Below, piece after piece: positions 25,365 to 45,769 of a DNA stretch of 64,000 nt; within the stretch, counting starts at the first letter, position 1; every line of letters begins with the position of its first letter. The stretch is taken from positions 14,053 to 78,052 of the forward strand of contig NMRA01000701.1 of NCBI GenBank assembly GCA_002633005.1, written 5' to 3'. This DNA is from Phoronis australis. Lineage: Eukaryota > Animalia > Phoronida. The notes below the pieces were generated by a model. The model ran no database searches. It saw only the letters and a program-made list of their open reading frames with translations, and was not told where the DNA came from. The position numbers and the translations under genes were made by a program.

Positions 25365-26807
25365 CTAGTCATTGTGGAAAGTGTTTCCACATTTTGTTAC
25401 ATCTTTGTTTTGTAAAATCAGAAAACTGTGCAATCGTTTTTATTGTTTTTTATATTCTATTTTGTAAAAAGTGCTGTTTCTGTGTCATTATTTTTGCATT
25501 TTGCATATTTCGTGGTGTTTGGATGCGGTAGTTGAAAATTTGTCATGTTGAAATAATTACAAAGAAAAGTTGTAATGATTTGATATATCTTTAAATTTAT
25601 TTGAGATTTACTGATATATTTGTCTTGTGTCTTGGTGGACAGGATTTTTGAATGTCCTGGATTTTCAAACCGTTGGATACTATTGTTGGAGGCCTGGCGT
25701 CTTTGTGCAACGCCTACTGTAACTTAGCTGGGCTGGGAGCATGCGCGGACTGCGGAGCATGCGCGACTGATGTTGGTAGCCATATACATTCTCTAAGGAA
25801 CTCATATTATTAGCGAACATTGCGGGTGTTTAGGACTCATTTACTCCAAAATTTCAGTACTCCGTGTAACCGTTGAGTTCAGTGGTTATGTATGCCTGGT
25901 TAGTGTTGGACTTGTTAAGTCGCATGCTTACTCGGCAAACGCCAACAAGATCTAACGTAACTCTGGCGTGATCGTATATGATTCCGTTGGCTTCGCAAGA
26001 TCTGGGGACCCGTTCCAAGAAAACTGACTTAGCTAAGACAAATCTTAAATTTCATCCAATTCTAAGATGAAAGTCCGTTTCAAGAAATTGAATNCTAGTC
26101 ATTGTGGAAAGTGTTTCCACATTTTGTTACATCTTTGTTTTGTAAAATCAGAAAACTGTGCAATCGTTTTTATTGTTTTTTATATTCTATTTTGTAAAAA
26201 GGGCTGTTTCTGTGTCATTATTTTTGCATTTTGCATATTTCGTGGTGTTTGGATGCGGTAGTTGAAAATTTGTCTTGTTGATTATAATTACAAAGAAAAG
26301 TTGTAATGATTTGATATATCTTTAAATTTATTTGAGATTTACTGATATATTTGTTTTGTGTCTTGGTGGACAGGATTTTTGAATGTCCTGGATTTTCAAA
26401 CCGTTGGATACTATTGTTGGAGGCCTGGCGTCTTTGTGCAACGCCTACTGTAACTTAGCTGGGCTGGGAGCATGTGCGGACTGCGGAGCATGCGCGACTG
26501 ATGTTGGTAGCCATATACATTCTCATATTATTAGCGAACATTGCGGTTGTTTAGGACTCATTTACTCCAAAATTTCAGTTCTCCGTGTAACCGTGGTGGT
26601 TATGTATGCCTGGTTAGTGTTGGACTTGTTAAGTCGCATGCTTACTCGGCAAACGCCAACAAGATCTAACGTAACTCTGGCGTGATCGTGTATGATGCCG
26701 TCGGCTTCGCAAGATCTGGGGACCCGTTCCAAGAAAACTGACTTAGCTAAGACAAATCTTAAATTTCATCCAATTCTAAGATAAAAGTCCGTTTCAAGAA
26801 ATTGAAT
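25365..26807. repeat. About 720-bp tandem duplication (25365-26093 / 26095-26807) joined by a single N; likely uncollapsed haplotypes
   Basis: The two copies are near-identical with a few SNPs and two small indels. The junction is exactly at N26094. Confidence 0.9.
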
Positions 26808-26948
26808 TTTAAGTTTGGCTTAACCTTTTCATTTGACTTAACTTTTAATTTTGACTATCTTAAGGGATGTGGAAGATTCAAAGTTTGAAGTTGAGACAAA
26901 TCTTGGTCGCAAGTCAAAAATGAAAAGTCGGTTTTTTGGAAGGGGTCC
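26719..26948. mobile_element. MITE with GGACCC(G/C)TTCCAA(G/A)AAA TIRs (Harbinger-like); partial copy at about 26005-26093
   Basis: ggacccgttccaagaaaac at the left end and gttttttggaaggggtcc at the right end. Similar taagac/cttaag-rich elements occur at about 1793-2040 and 16481-16917. Confidence 0.6.
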
Positions 26949-27722
26949 ATGTCCTCTCTCCGCGCTTGTCAGGTGACGGGTTGCCTGAAATTTCTGTGTG
27001 ACTGTACTAGTTGTGAATGTGATCGTTGGTCTGGTCTCAGAAGCATCGTGAATGTGGTGCAGTTGCTGCTATCAGACTTCGGGAGATCGGGACAACCATA
27101 GCAAACTGAATAGTTATCACTTGGAGAATCACAGCAAAGCGACTAGGCCACCAACGGTTTGATGTCCGTGGAAATGGGGATTGCGTAAGTGTAGGCGCGT
27201 TTTGATGATGCGTGAGTGCTTCAACGCTTTACCGGTAGGCTTGAATTTTCAAATCTAACTTGTGAATTCCGATATTTGTGTAGCACTCTTAACACAAAAC
27301 CATAACGTATTTTACCCCTGTATTAGGGAAATCGGAAAGGTATCATATATACTATATAATATAACCGCTTCCCGAACTGGCATATTTCTCCAAATTCTGG
27401 GTGCCAGTAAATCCTCATTTTGTTCAATATCTTGTAAAACCTACCGGGCCTACATTTAAGTTTAAAGACAAGTTCTCGGTCTCATACGCAAGTGTTTACG
27501 GTATCGCAGGGATATCATTGTGGCAGCCGAAAAAACGAAACACTTTCGCTTTTTATTTTATTGCTTTATATATGTTAAATTCTTTCATCTGCACCAAATG
27601 CAATCGTGCAGAATAATCGATTCCAAGCTTTTGACTGAGCACAATTTATTACATGTACCTGATCTAAACGTTAAAGAGTGACTTAAGGCACCTTTTGGAA
27701 GCCCTGTTTTTGCAACACGTAC

Positions 27723-36218
<8,496 letters not shown>

Positions 36219-36299
36219 ATTCGTGGCGAACGTTGACTCTCACAGACTGACTGTTAACGTCAAGGCGAGTGTGACTGGATAACATCGATTTCCATCCAA

Positions 36300-36360
36300 C
36301 TTTTATACACATTTAGAGGGTTAGTCATGCTGGCAACTGTTGTGGCTGTCTGATTGGTTC
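36300..36360 (-). promoter_or_regulatory. Alpha-tubulin core promoter (TATA box and CCAAT box)
   Basis: Minus-strand TATAAAA at about 36307-36301, about 85 nt upstream of the ATG exon, and CCAATC at about 36357-36352. Confidence 0.6.
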
Positions 36361-37987
36361 GTCTTTCATCGAACGATGATTCTTGATTGAGCATATGGCC
36401 AAATACTCCGTTCAACTATACTGTAATTTCCCCGCTGCAACCTCTTGCTGCATAGCATACTACGCGAATGCCCGTAAGGTGCACTTTAGGTTTCTGTAGT
36501 GGTAATAAAAAATCCATTGTACAGTCAAGAGAAAATATTGCCACATGCAATTGCTTTTGGATGCCGACCAATTTCTCAGTCACGAGTTTTCGTTTTTGCA
36601 ATGTAAAGCCGCTTGCATCGCCATCTTTGATGACGATTCTTTCGGTTCAAGACCCAGTTGCATGAAAGTAGTACGTCGAATAGCAACAATGACGTCGCAT
36701 CATGCGTCACGTTGTTGTTGTTGAACAATGCACCTGACGTCATGCAACACTCAAACTTATCCAGCGGATAACTTTTGACGCTTTATGCAACTCCGTCCTC
36801 ATGTTATTCCCTTGAACTCTTTGTTTTTTTTTTTTGAAGGGACACGATCAGTTGTGCAGCCAAAATCTCATTTTTGGGGTTATTGTTGGATCGTATAGAG
36901 TTCTTGAATGTTATCAGCTTTGACCAGAGCTATAAAGCAACACAGCTACCGTGTTTTTACAAACCGACAGTCTCGCAGTTGTCAGCAGACGATCCACGAA
37001 ATCAATACCGGTGTCTTTACCACTGAAATTTGCGCTAAATATTGTCTGCTCTTATAGTGTGCGATTTGACACAGCGACACAGCTTTCTACTATCAGAGCA
37101 AGTGGGTTCGATTCCTGCTAATTTCTGTAAAACAGTAATTTTCTCGCCGAGAGTATTCTTGTAATACGATTAGTTAACGTGTCAAATAAAATCTGGCAAA
37201 ACTTAATTTTAATTGCCTCAAATTCTATTCATTTGCTGCTGAACCGGTGGTGCGATATTGGGGGTGGGCCTTCAGCGTCATGAAATACAGCGTCACCTAT
37301 TGAGCATTTTCATTTTCGCATAATTCTTCAATCAACTATTCATCTTCCCGACTAGTTTGCATACAAGTCAAAACAAATCATCTAAACTGGTTTCACATCG
37401 TGTAAGCTTCTAGTATTTCATACCAACAAACCGAAATCCATGAGCAAGTTTTGCTTCGACTAAACTATAGTCGTCTCTCGAAAGATGTCGCCTTAAGCAA
37501 GGGGCTCGTGCGCGGGTCCTGAGCGTACTGTTTTAGAGTCGACGACAGATTTTTCTTTGTTACAAATAACGGAGAATTATGCAAAGCAACTGACGTTCAT
37601 TAGGTTGTTTTCCACATAAACTACTGTAACGGGCTGGGCGAGTGTCGATTGACACCAACATTTTGTATGCCACCGCTGTCATTAGGTCTACTTGTTGTCA
37701 GTATTCACGACGAGGTGGTCCACAACAACTACAGCAGGGGCAGAATGCGAGATCCTCCGATCTCGTGAAGCTGTCTGAGGGCTTCGCCCTCATCTACTCT
37801 ACTCGCGAGGTGACAAGCAGACCTACCCCTGTACCCGGGCGGGTGTGAAATCTCGACATCTATGTGAGATTAACAAACAACGGCTCCTAGCTGTATTTTG
37901 ACATTAGTACATTGTACTATAGCTAACTGTCTAAATTTTTCCATAAAATGTTTACTTTACGGTGATTTGTTGTTTTAAACCACTATA

Positions 37988-40951
37988 TAGTCTAGTTGCC
38001 AGCCCAATAGCCCCCAAAGTGAACCGTGCAATGTTGATTAGTGTAAAGCATTTTTGTTGAAATATATTAAATTTGATCAGGAGAACAAAATTAGCTTGCA
38101 AATAAAGATGGTGGATGCCGCCATTTTGAATTTCGGCCCACTTTGTTTTTTTTTTAATTTGATGACTTACAAGGTTATGTAATACATTGTTTGCACCATT
38201 TCCTGTGATGGAGAGTCCATTTATGATGTTTTATTAACGTGGGGCATTTTCTAGGTCAAACCAGAAATCAAAGATCGAAACTGCTTATCAGCCTTCGGGT
38301 ATTTAGTTTTTAATCTCGTTTATTTTTCACTTTTATCATTAATCACTTCAAGATATATTTTCAAAATGCTGATAATTGCGCACTACAGTGTACCAAACAT
38401 TTTGTTCAAGAGTTTCATGAGGGTTGTAGAGAAAGCATCGGAAGTGGAAATGCTCATCTGCTCAGTAACTACTGGAGCGACAAGTTTTGTTACTGCCCAC
38501 TCTTTCGAAGGTCCACTACTCCGAAAAAGACTGCAACTCCAAGTGCCCACTTCTCCGAAACAAACCACTATTCCGAAGAAACCTGCGCCTCTCCCAAATA
38601 TATATATCCTTCGAAGTTTATATTGAAGTTTATCTTGTATGGAGCACCTTCCTGATAATGTCTAGACATGTCTACTCAAAGTTTTGCACTGCTGTCGACA
38701 CTCCGATGAAAAGACTGCCGTACCAGCTGACCAACTCGAAGAACAGGCATACGGTACATATATGTCAAAAGAATATGGTTCTGGGATTATAAAGGGCATT
38801 TTAACTAGAGCCGAGCAAGTGGCCGTGCTGGTGTATATTTTCAGTGGGTGTGCCCACCTTGATACTGCCATGGAGAACATATGTCATGTGGAATGGAGGT
38901 GACGATGAGCAGAAGCCACGTAGGGGAGTGACAGGAAAAGACGAAGCACAAGAAGGAAGGAGTGGACCTGGATGAGGACGACTAGAGAAAGATTGCGGAC
39001 GAGATAGAGAAGCAATGACATCCGATCACTGACCAACCACCATATTTCCATAACATCAGCAATGATCGAGTAGTTCAAAACTAGCTGACCACTGGGCTTG
39101 AGCAGAGCAGTCAGATCTTTAGTTTCTGTAAGCAGTGAATGTTATCAAGCCATTTAAAAAAAGTCGAAATGCTAGAGTTGCTGAAGAAGCCTGTCCCATC
39201 AGGAAGGCCATCTATGGCGTTGAGGCGCTATTTAGTTACCTGTTAGTTATAGGACAGCAATGCAACATTAACACAGGTGATGTACTTCAGTATAAATGTA
39301 CTAAGTCCCCTCCCTACGACCCTGGTCGACAAATACGACAGTCTGGCTAATGGTGACAAACCACTGATTCTGGTCAAATATCTCCGCGTATGTCCCAAAT
39401 CATTCTGCTCCAGGATTGGTGTTGATCGCTGTTGTTCAGTTTCTGTACCAGGTCGTCTGGACTGTTTACGAAAGTGTATGAGATTTAGGTACAGCCATGG
39501 CACTCTACTGGACCCTATTCTCCCACTTGTATAAAGATATTCGTTTTGAAAGGTATGATCATAAAGATAGCAACACAAAGGATTGTGAGACCATAACATG
39601 CGGAAAAGTTAAGGAAGCCCTGCTTACCCCAAACATCACTCTTTTGCCGAGAAACGTTTCTAAATAACGCGATTTTAATAAACGTCTGTATGTATCAGCT
39701 TCTATACAACATCGAGCGGGTCAACTTGACAGAGACACTGTGTAGATAGACATGCTGAAGCAGGCGTTATATAGGTAAACGTTGAAAGTGGTGGAAGAAG
39801 GCGCCCACACTATCAAAATCCACAATGACAACTGATGTCTCCGTGCTCTTGGTTTATGGGACATCATAGATGCCAGTTGACGCCAAGATTCAAATGAAGA
39901 AGTGGAATGGTATTCCATAACGGAACAGTTCAGAGATTTGGCCTCAACAGGTGCAGCCAATATTCGAGGTCAGAAGACGTGAGTGTACAGGACAGAGAAA
40001 ACTTCTTGGTTTGAACGAGCTGTCAGAGACAATGTCTGTGTTTCAACACAGACAATAAAGAGCCAAGAACCTCTTTCTGAATAGACACGAAGGTGTCAAG
40101 TTAAACTTTTCCGTTTCGTGGTCCAGTATCTGGCAGCTATTGTTTACGAACACCGACAGAGGGGGATCAGTTATTCATCAATTCCAAGTAGAATAAGCCA
40201 GGCGGCAGTGTCATAGTTTTTACATTATCACCTGGATGAATGATATTGCCCATCGTATTCTACATTTATGTAGCCTGTAGGGACTATAAGTGCGTACACA
40301 TATCCCTGTTCACGAGGAGGTAGCGTGGCCTAGTGGGATAAGTGTCCATCCTTTACTCAAGGCTGTGGGTTCGAGTAACACTGGGGCACACTGCTGGACT
40401 TTTGAGTCAGGTATCTAGTTTTTCATCCCGGTTTCAACTTATAAAGCATAAAAATGTTTCCAAGTGATCAGTGCGATGGGGCTACGTCCTGCACACGTCT
40501 GATACAACAATATTGCAAACTTTAGTTATTGGGGTGTTGAGAGGATATCAAATTTCAGTATTTACAGTGTAGCTACCCTCTGCTCTTGATGTAATGCAAT
40601 CACAGAAATGTTAAATTTGCATTTTCTATAAGTTCAAAAAGAGGTGGATTTTCCTTAATTGAATTCAACTCTGTCTTTGACCTCTTAGCTGACCTTGAGT
40701 TTGACCTTGAATGCATACAACAATAGCAGAAATGAACACTCCACCCCATAAAACATTGGAAAGGATACATTGCAGGATCATGTGGCAGAACGTGGAAATA
40801 TAGGCGAAATTCAAGATGGCAGAAGCTGCCATCTTGTATTATAAAAATGCTCAATTTTGTTCTCCTATGCATACATACAGTAAATGTCCAAAAGAAAACT
40901 TTACAGTAAAAAACATTGCAGTTTCAACTTTTTGGCACCTCCGCTAGACTA
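37988..40951 (+). mobile_element. Decayed Academ-like DNA transposon with long imperfect TIRs
   Basis: Ends TAGTCTAG...CTAGACTA. About 170 bp of each end align as inverted repeats (tgcaatgtt..gtaaag..aggagaacaaaatt..aagatgg..gccat(t/c)ttgaatttcg). Broken coding fragments LFSYLLVIGQQCNINTGDVLQY/LSPLPTTLVD and FERYDHKDSNTKDCE resemble the Academ transposase/XPG polyprotein (recalled, not searched). TSD not recognisable. Confidence 0.6.
40314..40510 (+). mobile_element. tRNA-derived SINE nested in the Academ-like element
   Basis: GTAGCGTGGCCTAGTGG (A box), GGGTTCGAGT (B box), then CACTGGGGCACACTGCTGGAC, shared with the 24.7 kb copy. Confidence 0.7.
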
Positions 40952-41923
40952 CAGTGTACATGTATGTACGTTTGAAAACAAGACCTAACTATCCTCCCCT
41001 GTAGGCGTGTTATGTTCGCATTTTCGCTCAATCAGCCGTAATTTCTCAGGTGTCGTAGGCGCTTAATAACGGTGTTTCGACATTTTATCCTACGATTGTC
41101 ATGACATACAATTAAAAACTGGTTAAAAATTCTGCCTTCTTCTTACCTTGACAACATTTTTATTTGTGTGTTAAAAATAATTGATTTCAGCACTACCGTC
41201 TGCGCGAAATTTGTTTTAACTGAAAATCACACCACGGCCAATTAGGTCCCAACATAACTAAGACGAAGAAATTTGCGACCTCTAAGATAAATTCGTGATT
41301 GGTGTCTACAGCGAGTTATCATTAGCGTAATCACAACAAAGGATTTGATACTTTCTGATAATCTCGCATTCATGAGCAAAGGTCTTCATGTTCGCGGATA
41401 TCCTCAAAACAGATATCGGGTACGCCGAACAGCGCCATCTGTCAGCGGTAAAGCCCTTGCTCGAGTGGGGTCCTTTTGCGCAAACTTGATTGAGTGTCAT
41501 TTACATATAATTCAAGGCAAGAATATCATGATACATGGTTGGGTGAATGCGTTTCTTTGATTCGAGAGACTTTCCAAGTAACGGCCAATCAAAAAGTGGA
41601 CCAGAGTTTTGTTATTGTTTGAATAAATGAAAAGTTCGCCGTTTGATCGTCCACACTGGCATGCAGTGCAGTTGCGCCCAAGAGGGCACCACTTCAAGCT
41701 GGGTCAGGAATATCCTTACGACTGCATGGTTATACGTTCTCGAAAATATTCGAGTACTCCACAGTTTTGTGAGGAAGGGAAATTCATTGTAGGAGATGGC
41801 ATTACATGTAGTAATCGTACAAAACGTCACACAGAATGACGAACACTATCGAACGAGCTTTGTGCTAAGAGTGAACCACGTGACACACCCTTAAGATCCG
41901 TTGCTGGGATAATACCTTAACCT

Positions 41924-42079
41924 GCCTCCCGTTCAGTAACGCTAGGACCTAGCTTAAAAGCAAGACTTTGCGAGATTACGCGAGATATTGCCGTGTATTT
42001 CAAATAAGAGCACGTGACCTTAACTAGCTTTAAGCTAGGTCCTAGCGTAGGTCCTAGCGTCTACTGAACGCACGCCCGC
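41924..42079. mobile_element. About 150-bp MITE family, copy 3 (reverse orientation)
   Basis: The reverse complement aligns with 7532-7672. Confidence 0.85.
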
Positions 42080-45000
42080 TGAGTGGTAGGTAAAGGAAGT
42101 TAACCGCGCGCGTTATATTGTCTGGAGCTAGTCGAGCTGAGTTGATGCAAAATTCATCTCTTGTGGCATGCTCATTTAAACGCTTGCTTACACATTGCCT
42201 GCCCTATCAGAAACACGGCCCCCAAATAATGGCACAAGCAGACCCAATCAATCTTTATGCAATGGTAGGGAAAGTGTGTTTATTTATTAGATACCATACA
42301 ATAGAATACAATTCATACTTCCTAATATAGTATATCTACACACCAGTCTGCAGTTCAGAAATTACATAATTGCTTATAATCTTCTTTTATCAGTTGCTAT
42401 AACAAGTACTAATGAATGGTTCAAACTATTCCATTTTAATGTGATAACCTATACTTGAAGTTCCTTATTGAATACCTTGAAAACGTCCCTAAAATTTTAT
42501 CAAATTAATCGAAAGTCGAGTACAACGAAAATGACATTCGTCTTTCAGATCACGAAGCTCACAAACAACCTGTCCTACAAGGGGCCCTAAATGTCTTTCC
42601 AGTACTTTGCGTCATTGTGACTAAAACACGCCAGTCTTCAATATGAAATCTTTATATATTTAACCTAATTATTAACTTCATACTTGAATAACTGTTTCCT
42701 GTTGTTATTTCAATTCCATTTTTAAATTCAATCAACAGTACCGCCATTTCTTATACAGGCTGACGATTTTGCAGATGCGTACGCATCCCAGAGCGTAACT
42801 TTGTGGAATACCAGTCATCCAACTCGGAATCCAGGCATTGTCACGCAGGCAATAGACTGCCCATTGAGCTGGCATTTGTATTTGGATAAATGATACATGT
42901 TTACTGTCAGTGTCTACACTTGTCTATGATAAACTGAACACCTGGATGCTTGAAATATCACCGTAAAATAAGAGGTGAAGAGCTATTCGGATCGTTCATC
43001 AATTTGCTGGCCAGCGCTGCTCTGGATGACCACTATCCCACAATTCCTTGTGAAAATGGCGTCTCTCGCTTATACGAAAAACGACTTCTTACCGAAACGC
43101 CAATTTCAAACACGACTCCGTAGAACAGCCTCAAACTTCGTAAACCAAAATTAGAACACCAAAGTTGAAATTATAAGTTCACCGTTCTCAACTGCTTTGT
43201 ATGTATCTATTTTAACAAGTTTATAAAGTTTAGTGTATTCTATTGTGTATTGATATTGGCCCTAGATTTCCCATTTTTCTGTAACGTACGTTTTGCTATG
43301 GTGGCTTTGAGGTCAACGATCTCTCTGAGTTCTTCATTGAGTCTTCATAAGCTTTATATATTTTGAGTTGTATTTGTTAAACGTACTGTTACTTTTACTA
43401 CACAACTGAATAATGAAGTAGAACAAAGTGGACAATAAAATAAAGCCGACAATCATGTACAAGTACATGTATGAATGTGCACGGACGATTCAAAACGTGA
43501 GACCTACAGCCACACAAATTTACATCTCGCAGCAGAAAGAGGTTCGACGGCTGCAAACACACTCCTGTTGTGGAGCTTCTTTCTGCACGGCACCGGGCAG
43601 CCAACGTATGAGAAAGTTTCGTTATTGGATAACCAACGTGTGCGTACCGCAAACAGCAGTCAATTATTTAAAAACAATTCTCAATTCAAAGCGATAGCTT
43701 CAATCAACACACGGAACGGTTCGCCGCTCTAGAAAAATGTGCTTGAAAGAACAGAACAACAGCACGAATGAAATTTTTCTGAAGAAGGTTGTTTGCTGGT
43801 AATTGAAGAATGGGCACCTATCCTATGGCTGTGAAAGGTTGAAAGGCTACGCGTTCACAAAATTAAATCATCCCTAAACTCTTTCACTGAAAAGTTGTGA
43901 AGCGAGCGAATGAAGATTGCCGCTGAGTCATAAACTGCACTCGCACCTCGAAAACAAACTAAGAATACTGCTGATAGCACCAAATTTGTTTAACAAGCAC
44001 AATGCTACATCATACTTTGTCCTCCCAAATCACCAACATCGAACATTTGTCGCTGACCCTCGTTGAAAAATGTAAAAAAACGCAACATCACCCGGTACTA
44101 TACTGTCCCTCGTGGTGTAACGTGACCCCTGGTAAAGCTTCAGCAAAAAATTGACATAGAATCTCGCGATAACAATGGAAACAATAGATGCCGTTGTTAT
44201 TTCATTTTTGCTGCTATGTATATGCTAGAACGTTGCAATTGAGCTGTTCTGTTATGTCAAGTTTGTAGCCCGTCCAAAGAAAACACCGTAAACAGGGAAA
44301 TGGTATTTGATTGGCCCATGACGACTTCCTGCTTATGTAGCCGTCACAAAGCAGTTATGGGTATTAAACATACCTCTTACCCTTCTTTAGCCTTTTGAGG
44401 AAACTAACGTTCCCGATGACGGCTGTGAAATAGGTAACTCACATTTTTGTATCGCAAAACAATAGCTCATGTGCGAGTGAGAGCTCTCCACTTGAGTTTG
44501 CACTTTTTTGATTTTGAATTGAGTTTGTCAAAAAACGAGCTCCTAGAGACGCGAACGGTACGCTCTTACATTGTGAAATTCCATCGCAATCTCACTCGCA
44601 TATCGTACACTGTTACAGAGGTAGTTATTTATGTAGGACCATAGGCAAATGTCTAAATTTGGCTAACATTATATCGCAGAAATAGCTGATCGAATTTTTA
44701 CGAAATTTTCAGTCAGATACTGCGATTAAGTGTGCTGTGTTATGTACTGTTCCCCAAAAAACTATTGGGCAAATTTCGATCAATGTTAGATAATTGTATT
44801 GAATTTGATTGGTGGTGTTAGTGAGAAAAGCGTTGCAATGTGAAACCTGGTGGAGTGTTAAGGCGAGTGCACCTCCTTTACACAACACCACACAGAGAAG
44901 TGACGAAAGAAAAATCTCTCCATGGTCCGTTAATGTCCCATAATTCAGGATTTGAAAGTTTTTGCTTAATGAGGATCTTTCTATTTAAGGTTATGTAGAA

Positions 45001-45769
45001 CCCTAGAAAAACTGTCCAAATTTGCCAAATATCGGATTATAATATCTGAGAAATGAAACTTTCAGATACTATGCTTTATTTTTTTTTAAAATGTTCCATT
45101 TTTGCATGATGAGAGGCTGTTCAGGATAGGACTTTTATTGCGAACGAATATTTCAGAAAATTGTCAACAGCGTTTTTGAGATCTCATCTTGAAGATTTAT
45201 TTAACAATCATATTATCGATGTCACTCTTTGCCAATCATGCACCTTTTTTTGCTAATTTCTACAAAAGACACGGTAACCTGACCCAATTACTGGAACATT
45301 GGTAAAAAGTCAAAAATTACATTCTACAAGCTTGGGAGAAAATACATTCTTTTACCGAGTTAAGACCTATAGTTTTGCAGATCTCCGAGGCTAAATACGC
45401 GTACTTGTCAATACGGTCTTAAGTATTACCTTATTAGGAATTCAGTGATGTATGGGAATGTAGAACTAGTGTAGATCTTGTTGGCGATATTTTTGCCGTT
45501 CCTTTAAAATGAGTCCTTGGTGACTCTATAATCCCGTTCATGTGATAGAGTCATTGCTGAAGTTTTCACTCTAGTGAACATATAGTCAATAATTTCACAA
45601 TTTTGCGCTCTTGATCTAAAATTTCATGATTCCGGAAACCGAATCTGCAAAACAGACTCGTCTGAAAAAGTTTTCTGTGTTGTTACTGTTTCTACGTGCA
45701 CATTTATTATTTTTATAATCGTTTTATTGTTGTTGCAATTACTGGAGCTCTGCACTCTTAGGGGAATGG

